Below are positions 22,031-29,835 of a DNA stretch of 29,835 nt, piece after piece. How positions within the stretch are numbered: the first letter of the stretch is position 1; every line of letters begins with the position of its first letter. Position numbers and translations under genes: made by a program. The stretch is from Eledone cirrhosa. Lineage: Eukaryota. A model generated the notes under the pieces. It was not told the origin of the DNA, did no database searches, and saw nothing but the letters and a program-made list of their open reading frames with translations. Location of the stretch: contig CAXHJY010000721.1 of NCBI GenBank assembly GCA_964016885.1, positions 1 through 29,835 of the forward strand. The letters are read 5' to 3'.

Positions 22031-22100
22031 TATTCATTGGTTGCTTCCTCTAGACTGTTGCCATTTACACTAAGTATCTGGTCACCAACTTTCAGCTGAC
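22031..22100 (-). CDS. STXBP4: Next coding exon (70 nt, phase 1-2) of the same PDZ domain
   Basis: Minus strand reads ttcctaatttcacag|GT CAG CTG AAA GTT GGT GAC CAG ATA CTT AGT GTA AAT GGC...AAT GAA TA|gtaagt and translates as (G)QLKVGDQILSVNGNSLEEATNE. This is the canonical PDZ G.L..GD.IL.VNG motif, and the phase matches the 29558 donor across a 7457-nt intron. The exon encoding alphaB/betaF was not found in the window. Confidence 0.93.
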
Positions 22101-22353
22101 CTGTGAAATTAGGAAAAAGTCCAAATATTATGGAAATGCTGGTTATGTTGGTTAACCCTTTAATTACAAACCCGACCAAAACTGGCTCTCGTTCTATGAA
22201 ATAAAACCACCTATTTCAAAGGTTTCCAATTTAAATTAAAATTTTCTAACATAATTTTATATAAGAACCTTACATTAAGTTACTATCTTACCAACCTGGC
22301 CAAACTCTGGTTCTATATAAAAAAGCCACTCATTTCAAAGGTTTTCAATTTAA

Positions 22354-22558
22354 CCCATTAGCATTTACATTACTCTATATTTACTATTGTATTTTCACGG
22401 TAAACACTTTATTTCACATAATATCGAATCTATGAGATTTTGATATTTATTTTCAGAACAATATCTTAACACCAGTATGAGTGGCTGGTTACAACTGGTT
22501 TGAACAGAAAGAGGTGAGAGAATTCTGGCTGGATACGGTCGATTTAAATGCTAAAGGG
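22354..22558 (+). mobile_element. piggyBac-like MITE (~205 bp), copy 1
   Basis: TTAA|CCCATTAGCATTTA ... TAAATGCTAAAGGG|TTAA: 13/14 TIR with TTAA TSD. Confidence 0.9.
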
Positions 22559-23068
22559 TTAAATTAAAATCTTCCAACGTAATTTTATATAAGAACCTTA
22601 GAATAAGTTTCTATCTTAATGAAGTAATAACTTTAGTAAATCCCTCAAAATTCTTCATTAACTAATTAAAATAGAGTGTATTTCATTAGAAATGTGGTCA
22701 TGAAAGAGTTAACCCATTCGTTTACTATATTTATAATGAAAGTCACTACCAATGTTTTTTTTAACAATTTTGAAAAAAATAATCAAGAATTTGGAGGATT
22801 TTGTTATAAAAGTAACATCATTAAAAAGTTAGTGTTTAGAACAAAACATAAAATTATGATGGAATGTTTCTAGATAAACCTTTCATTACCAAATTTCTAG
22901 TAAAAGACATTGCCTATGGTTTTCAAATAACTTTGAAAATAATGAAGAATTTGCGGAGATTGAGTAATATAACTAACTTTCTCATTATTAAGCGGGTGTT
23001 TGGAATAAAACAAAGGTTCCTATATAAAATTATGATGAAATGTTTTTAGATAAATATAAACACTTTAA

Positions 23069-23275
23069 CCCATTAGCATTTACATTACTTCATATTTACT
23101 ATAGTATTTTTATGGCAAAGGCTTTATCTTATATAATTATCTCACATAATATTGAATCTACAAGATTTTGATGTTATTTATTTTGACATCAGTATGAGAG
23201 GCTAGTTACAGCTGGTTTGAACAGAAAGAGGTGAGAGAATGCTGGCCGGATATGGCTGGTTTAAATGCTAAAGGG
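23069..23275 (+). mobile_element. piggyBac-like MITE, copy 2
   Basis: Same TIRs, TTAA TSD and internal sequence as copy 1. Confidence 0.9.
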
Positions 23276-23676
23276 TTAAACTTTATTTCTAATGAAAGAC
23301 ACTGCCCATGATTTTCAAATCATTAAGAATTTGGAGAGATTTAGTAATATAACTAACTTTCTCATTTGTCTTTCATTGAATTATGATGGAAGGTTGTTAG
23401 ATAAATATAAACACTTCAAAATAAATTTTGTATCATAAAACCAAGGTCAGTTTCAGGTGGTTTGTTGTCAAACTGTTCTACTGTAAACTTCAGCACACTG
23501 TCAGTGACAAATTGCAACAATAGAGCAATCTCCCCTTAATACATGATGCAGTGTCAAGGGAAGTAATTCATAAAATAATTCAGCGTGTTGAAGATTAGTT
23601 TAGGTTTGTTTAACTCTTGATAGCAAACTGCCAGGATTTTACAACAAGGATGCTTATTTATTTTAAAGTGTTTATC

Positions 23677-24090
23677 ATCGTCACCTTACTTATGACCATG
23701 AATCTCGGGTAATGACTGAAAGAATACGATTACAAGTGATCGAAATGGGATTCCCCCAAGGGTCTTTGGAGCAACATTACTCAGAGTGTCACTCCAAGTA
23801 GAGCTGCTACTTCTCCGAATTGAGAGATCACAGCTCCAATACTATGGGCATGTGGTTAGAATGTCTCTGGAAAGAATCGCTGGACAGATTTTATGGGCAA
23901 AACCAACCAGCAGGAGACCCAGGGGTAGACCCCGAGCAAGATGGTTGGATAACAAACATCCATGAGATTGGCTGGTCTCACTTGGGGATCCAGCCGGATC
24001 AGTTGAAGATGGTTGCTTCTGACAGGACCTGCTGGAAGGAGTGTTTGAGGACTGCCTCCATGACCCTCTCAGGAAGAAGTGGATGAAGAA
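23677..24090 (+). mobile_element. RTE LINE 3' fragment (family A), opposite orientation to the other copies
   Basis: TLTYDHESRVMTERIRLQV...IERSQLQYYGHVVRMSLERIAGQILWAKPTSRRPRGRPRARWLD. Confidence 0.9.
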
Positions 24091-24096
24091 GAACCA

Positions 24097-24345
24097 CTTA
24101 ATGTCTGTTTTTCATGCTGGCATCGGTTGGATGGGTTGTCATGTTCTGAGAATTGACATGTGTTGTCAAGATGTGGTTATCTTACATTTCATTCAGGTAG
24201 GATTTTAAAGCTGGATGCCCTTCCTAATGTCAACCTCTTTACAGCATGTACTGGGTGCATTTTATCATGACACCAGCCCTACCATCTTACATGGTGGACT
24301 ATGGGCTTTTTTGTTTTGGTACCAGCACCACCAGTTTACAGAGTA
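24097..24345 (-). mobile_element. SINE 3' fragment
   Basis: TTAATGTCTGTTTTTCATGCTGGCAT.GGTTGGATGG and GCTGGATGCCCTTCCTAA motifs are the reverse complement of the 737-943 element. Confidence 0.75.
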
Positions 24346-24584
24346 TTTTTACATTTATCTAAGAATCTTCCATCATAATTTTATGTAAGAACCTTTAAGT
24401 TATGTTCCAAACTCTAGCTTAATGAGAAATTTAGTGATATTACTAAATCTTTCACAAATTCTTGAATACTTTCAAAATTATTTGAAAACCATTGGCAGTG
24501 TCTTTCATTAGAAATATAGTAATGCAAAGTTCTTACACAAAATTAGAATAAAGTGTTTATATTTAACTAAAAAAACTTTTCAAC

Positions 24585-24788
24585 ATTACTATGAAAATAC
24601 AATAGTAAATATAAAGTAAAGACTTTACTTCACATAATTATCTCACATAATATCGAATCTATGAGATTTTGATGTTATTTATTTTGAGAACAATACCTTA
24701 ACAGCAGTATGAGTGGTTAGTTACAGCCGGTTTGAACAGAAAGGTGAGAGAATTCTGGCTGGATATGGCCAGTGTAAATGCTAAAGGG
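24585..24788 (+). mobile_element. piggyBac-like MITE, copy 3 (left end lost)
   Basis: Internal match to copies 1 and 2. Ends TAAATGCTAAAGGG|TTAA. Confidence 0.8.
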
Positions 24789-25007
24789 TTAAAACACAGT
24801 TTTGTATCATAGAACCAGAGGCAGTTGTGAGCATTTACCATAACAAATATATCAACATTAACACTAGTAACAGCCAAATCACCATCAAATCATATAACCT
24901 TACTGAATAAAATGATGGGAAGGTCACATCTGGAACACTTGACCATAGAACTACTGGATCAGTGTTGACCTAGAGCTAAACAAGTATTAGAACCAATAAA
25001 AGAAGTC

Positions 25008-25382
25008 ACCACCACACCCCTAACAGCAACAAACACTCCACCATCAACAACAAACTACCACTACCAACAACAAACAAACACCACCACCACTAACAGCAAC
25101 AAACACTCCATCAACAACAAACTACCACTACCAACAACAACAAACAAACAAACACCACCACCACTAACAAACACTCCACCATCATCAACAGCTAGAAACA
25201 CCACCACTGCCACCACCAACAACAGCTAGAAACACCAACACTACCACTACCACAAACAACAACAAACACCACCACTACCACAACAGCAAGAAACCACCAC
25301 CAACACAGCAAGAAACATCAACACCACCACCACCACCACAAATAAACGCTACCATTCACATTGCAATAATACAAACAACACC
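25008..25382. repeat. (CAA)/(CAC) low-complexity tract
   Basis: Direct inspection. Confidence 0.9.
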
Positions 25383-25495
25383 CAATAAATCCCAGATTAC
25401 GTCCTGATAAGGCAAGACAGGTCAACCCACAATGGAACACTTAACCCTTCTGATACCCACCCACTAGTTCTATGTTATAAAGCTGTTTGTTTTAA

Positions 25496-25816
25496 CCCTT
25501 TAGCATTTAAACCAGCTGTATTTGGCTGCTCACACCGATGTTAAGGTATTATCCTCAACATTAATAATTGTTTCTACTTTTGGCACAAGGCCAACAATTA
25601 CTCCAGTGTATTACTGGTATTTTATTTTATTGACCCTGTAAAGATGAAAGGCAAAATTAAACCTCGGCAGGATTTGAATTCATTGTTCTCAAAATAAATA
25701 TCAAAATCTCAGATTTGATATTATGCGAGATAAAGCCTTTACTGTGAAATATAACAGTATATATATACATACACATATATACACAGAATAAACAGAATAA
25801 TGTAAATACTAAAGAG
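25496..25816 (-). mobile_element. piggyBac-like MITE, copy 4 (inverted), with a SINE fragment inserted at ~25570-25682
   Basis: TTAA|CCCTTTAGCATTTA ... TAAATACTAAAGAG|TTAA. The inner segment matches the 19849 SINE. Confidence 0.78.
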
Positions 25817-25929
25817 TTAAACTGTTTATGTGTATCTAAAAAACTTCCATCATAATTTTATATAAGAACTTTTAAGCTATGATCCAAATAGCTTAATAAT
25901 GAGAAAATTATATTCAAATCTCTGCAAAT

Positions 25930-26302
25930 TCTTCGCCCACTTATTACTGAGAGGGTCATAGGGGCAGAGTCCTTAAACATTCTTTCCAGCAGGTCCTGTC
26001 AGAAGCAAGTGTCTCCAACTGATGCGGTTGGGTCCCCAAAGTGAGACCAACAAAGCTCATGCATGCTATCCAACCATCTTGTTCGAGGTCTACCCCTGGG
26101 TCTCCTGCTGGTTGGTTTTGCCCATAGAATCTGTCCAGCGATTCTTTCCTGAAACATTCTAACCACATACCCATAGTGTCGGAGCTGTGATCTCTCAATT
26201 CGGAGAAGTAGTGGCTCCCTGATCGCCGAGCTACGCTCTATCGAGTAACGTTACTTAAAAGACCCTTTAGAGGAACTCCATTTTGGCCACTTGTATTCTT
26301 GA
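25930..26302 (-). mobile_element. RTE LINE 3' fragment (family A)
   Basis: Reverse complement of 23740-24090. It explains ORF 25956..26198. Confidence 0.88.
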
Positions 26303-26622
26303 TTTAAAACATATTTTAAAATCGTAAGTATTATCCTAGAAATAAGATAGTGAAACAGTTAAAGAGTTTATATTTATCTAAAGTAACTACCATAATTCTT
26401 TGCAAGAACTTTTATGTTCCAAATATCAGTTTAACAATGAAAGTTAGTTATAATACTAAATCCCTCCAAATTCTTGATTATTTTCAAAATTATTTGAAAA
26501 CCAATGGCAGTGTCTTTCATAATATGGTAATGAAATGGTTAAAGTGTTTATATTTATCTAAAAACCTATCAAAATTTTTATGTAAGAATTTTCCTTATGT
26601 TAGGTCTGAAACACCAGCTTAA

Positions 26623-26847
26623 CCCTTTAGCATTCAAACCGGCTGCATCCGGCCAGAATTCTCTCACTTCTTTCTGTTCAAACCAGCCATAACTGGCTGC
26701 TCATATTTTTATTAAGGTATTGTTCTCAAAATAAATAATATCAAAATATCATAGATTCAATTATATGCGAGATAATTACATGAGGTAAAGCCTTTACCAT
26801 GAAAATGTAATAAATGGTATATATAGAGTAATGTAAATGTTAAAGGG
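26623..26847 (-). mobile_element. piggyBac-like MITE, copy 5 (inverted)
   Basis: TTAA|CCCTTTAGCATTCA ... TAAATGTTAAAGGG|TTAA. Confidence 0.88.
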
Positions 26848-26984
26848 TTAATAGCGAGATAGAGAAAAATGAAGGGAGGAGGATGGAAAACCCATTGTGG
26901 GGCCCCACAAGGTTAATTGTTGCTTTAGCAGAGAAAATGGCCTTAAATGCCTATTGTTGTCATAGATAATTATAATATGAAAAC

Positions 26985-27765
26985 AGACAGGACAGTAATC
27001 TTGAAAAATGGAGTAGGGCACATTATATATTGTAGTCCTAGATACACTGTTTCAAAAAGGCAGGATGTATGCAGCTGGAATGCATTTGACCTGGGTTAAA
27101 CAATAACAACAATGCCAACGCCAAGTAATGAAAAACTAACAAGGGAGTCTCTGAGTAGTCACATAACCAGCTAGAAATAGCAGCCAAATCTTCTTCAACT
27201 CATCCTACCATCTTGAAAAGGAAGGAGGACACAGATTGTAGTCCTAGATACACAAACTCAAAAAGTAGGATGTGTGTTTGACTGAAATGCATTTGACTAG
27301 GGTTAAACAACAACAACAACAACACCAAATAATGACAAACCAACAAGGGAGTCTGAGAAGTTACTTAACCTGCTAGAAATAGCAGCCAAATCTTCAACCC
27401 ACATACTACTATCTTGAAAATGGAGAAGGACACAAGACATTGTAGTCCTAGATACTCAAACACAAAAAAGTAGGATATGTGTATGGCTGGAATGCATTTA
27501 ACTAGGGTTAAACAACAATAACTGCAACAACAACGTCAATGACAACACCAAATGATAAGCCAGAAAGGGAGTCTCTTAGTAGTTACTTAACCTGCTAGAA
27601 ATAGCAGCCAAACTCCCTCAAACTTAGAAAAGGACAGTGTCGCCCAAGAAAAAGACACAAAGGTCACAGCCTGAACGGGTTTTGTCACGAGTTTGATCAG
27701 GTTTGACCCGGTGACTGAACAACAACAAGAATAACAACACCAACAACAATAGCAACAACAACATG
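26985..27765 (+). repeat. ~205-220-bp tandem repeat (~3.5 copies) of a SINE-like 3' segment ending in (CAA)n
   Basis: AAGGGAGTCT recurs at ~27141, 27345 and 27565. GCTAGAAATAGCAGCCAAA...GGGTTAAACAACAA is repeated. A related single copy lies at ~24860-24985. Confidence 0.8.
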
Positions 27766-28308
27766 AACAATTTTGCAATGTCCCTACCTCCTTGTGGTGC
27801 CAGAGAGAAGATTTAACTCCTACAGCTGGAACAAATTAAACATTTCATATAAAAACATTGAAACAAACTGTGGCCTTGAAACATTAAACTAATATCCACT
27901 CAAAGAATGAACATTTTTTAAGCCCCCCCACACCCCCACCCCAGTACTACACTAGCACCACCATTTAACATCTGTTTTCCTTGCTTGCAAGGGTTGTGGA
28001 TAGATGGATCATCATAAACCAAGTGAGTTAGTACTTAAATCAGAATTACTGATCATTCAAACCTGGGTACATCTTGATTACATTCACTCCTGCACTGGAT
28101 GTATTTTATCATGGCACCAGCACCAACCAGGGTGGTCATTATGTTTACCCATATGGTAAAAAAAATAAAAATAAATAAATAATAATAATATATATATATA
28201 GCCAAAATTAAATTAAAGATGCCATGTCTGAGAATATCAGAAGCATGCGCCATACTTCTGTAACTGTTTACACTCTTTACAAATTATCCCCTGTAATTGT
28301 TTGATGTT

Positions 28309-28339
<31 letters not shown>

Positions 28340-28429
28340 CATGTCATTTGACTTTTAATTTAATGTTATTATATATATGTGTGTGTGTGATAATGTGTAA
28401 TAACGAAAAGGTTATTGGAATAATTTAAT

Positions 28430-28870
28430 GGTTTCTACTTTAAGTACATGGCCAACAATTTGGGGGAAGGGGAAAGTTGATTCAATCAACACCAGTGCAT
28501 TACTGGTACTTTATTTTATCAACTCCCATAAGGATGAAAGGCAAAGCTAACATTGGCAGGATTTAAACTCAGAACGTAAAGGGCCGTAGCTATGCTGCAA
28601 AGCATGTCTGACGCTCTACCGATTCTGCCAATCCACCGCCCCAGTTATCGGTATAATTTACTACTAAATAAAATACTCCACTCAGACAAATTTGACTATA
28701 TTAATATTTGTTTCTACTTTTGGCACATGGCCAGCAATTTGAAGGGAAGGGGGAAGTCGATTAAATCAATCCCCGTGCATTACTGGTACTTTATTTTTTA
28801 AACCCCAGTAAGGATGTAAGGCAAAGCTAATCTCAGCAGGATTTGTACTCAAAGTGTAAAGAGCCGTAAC
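28430..28870 (-). mobile_element. Two tRNA-derived SINE copies (28430-28642, 28709-28870)
   Basis: Same family as 19849-20475. Confidence 0.85.
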
Positions 28871-29169
28871 AGTGCTGGTGCCACAAGAAATGCACCCAGT
28901 ACATGTAAGGTGTCTGGTGATAGAAAGGGGATTCTGTTGTAGAAATTAGCCAAATGGGTTGGGGGGACTTTTCAGCTGTGTCAAACACATGATAACCTCC
29001 ATGGTGCTGGTGCCATGGTAAAAAGCACTCAGTAGAGTGTGGAAATGTTTTGTGAGATAAGGGCCTACCTATCTGCCCGATCGCACAGTAGAGTGCGTGA
29101 ACATAAGTAAACTAAGACATTCTTGAAAAGTACAGAACACCACCATAACTGTATCACATTGAAAGTCTT

Positions 29170-29557
29170 TACTCTAACACTACAACAATCTGTTCAGTAG
29201 TAAAGATACTATAAACATTTTAATTAAACTACATGAAACCATATTAGCAAAATATTGAAAAGTGTAAAACAGCACTATGACTATCACATTAAAAATAAAA
29301 CTCCTTACTTTAATACCCCAAATTCTCACAACAATCTGTCCAGTAGTAAAGATACTATGAACATTTGAATTAATCTTTTTTTAAAGATTAATCTGCTCAA
29401 TCATTACAGAATGTTAAGAGATAATACTGCACATTTTCACAACAATCTGTCTACAAATAAAGATACTATAAACATTTGAATTAACAAACCTGTTTTATTA
29501 GGATATTTTACTGCTCAACTATTACAGAATGTTAAAGTTTGCTAAAATATAACATAC
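29170..29557 (-). repeat. Inverted copies (3) of the same ~113-bp repeat, directly after the exon donor
   Basis: ACAACAATCTGT....TAAAGATACTAT recurs near 29182, 29328 and 29440, and is the reverse complement of the core at 490-1050. Confidence 0.9.
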
Positions 29558-29653
29558 CTTCAGTTTTTGCAATGCCATTTGGAAGAAGTTTTTTCACAAA
29601 TATTCCGTGATTAGATTCACCATTTCGTGTGGTGCCTCCAATAATTTGTAAAC
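29558..29653 (-). CDS. STXBP4: Internal coding exon (96 nt, phase 1-1) of a PDZ-domain protein, STXBP4/Synip-like; first half of the PDZ domain
   Basis: Minus strand reads ttttactttcag|GT TTA CAA ATT ATT GGA GGC...ACT GAA G|gtatgt and translates as (G)LQIIGGTTRNGESNHGIFVKKLLPNGIAKTE(G). This is the PDZ betaB/betaC/alphaA pattern (G-x-x-IIGG...GIFVKK.LP.G.A). The PDZ call is firm. The STXBP4 name comes from remembered similarity (IIGG, GIFVK, TNE) and is about 0.55. Confidence 0.92.
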
Positions 29654-29697
29654 CTGAAAGTAAAAATTTCAGATACTGAAGTGGCAGTAAAAGTTAT

Positions 29698-29835
29698 TTT
29701 AACTCTTTCATGACCATATTTCTAATGAAATACATTCTATTTTAATTAATTAATGAAGAATTTCAAGGGATTTACTATAATTATGAATTATTTCATTACT
29801 CAGATAGTAACATAACCCTTTAGCACTTAAACTGG
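29698..29835 (-). mobile_element. AT-rich TTAA-MITE end, inverted relative to 22600-22712, followed by the start of another small MITE (29816 onward)
   Basis: TTAACTCTTTCATGACCATATTTCTAATGAAATACATTCTATTTTAATTAATTAATGAAGAA is the reverse complement of 22651-22712 with 3 mismatches. Confidence 0.85.

Larger units (their letters stand above)
22153..23470. mobile_element. Cluster of AT-rich TTAA-flanked (piggyBac-like) MITEs in opposite orientations, hosting smaller MITEs
   Basis: TTAACCCTTT start at 22152. ...GAAAGAGTTAA|CCCATTCG junction at 22709-22712. Sequence on either side of this TTAA is imperfectly inverted. Confidence 0.7.

Noticed and set aside
21762-22037. 91-aa hydrophobic minus-strand ORF
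   Set aside because: It runs through the exon donor into a CT-rich low-complexity intron tract and is out of frame with the PDZ exon.

Overview
AT-rich, microsatellite-laden eukaryotic DNA. The SINE/RTE/TTAA-MITE repertoire looks like a coleoid cephalopod (Octopus-like); that assignment is an inference. The window is almost entirely intronic sequence of a minus-strand gene. Two spliced exons that the ORF track does not report as such (29558-29653 and 22031-22100) join in frame to encode most of a PDZ domain (GLQIIGGTTRNGESNHGIFVKKLLPNGIAKTE-GQLKVGDQILSVNGNSLEEATNE), most like the N-terminal PDZ of STXBP4/Synip-like proteins. The downstream intron holds an ~8.1 kb array of a 31-bp unit (~260 copies) with two levels of higher-order duplication. 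The rest is decayed RTE LINE 3' ends, tRNA-derived SINEs, piggyBac-like, mariner-like and hAT-like MITEs, and simple repeats. Points worth a second look: (i) a ~113-bp repeat plus the adjoining splice-donor junction occurs in inverted orientation at both ends of the window; (ii) several strong plus-strand splice sites suggest an antisense spliced RNA; (iii) nested inverted repeats surround both exons; (iv) there are candidate poison and alternative terminal exons; (v) each array unit carries a MEIS-type TGACAG motif and a miR-8/200-family complementary site. All functional readings are hypotheses. Almost all ORF-track entries are artefacts of repeats.
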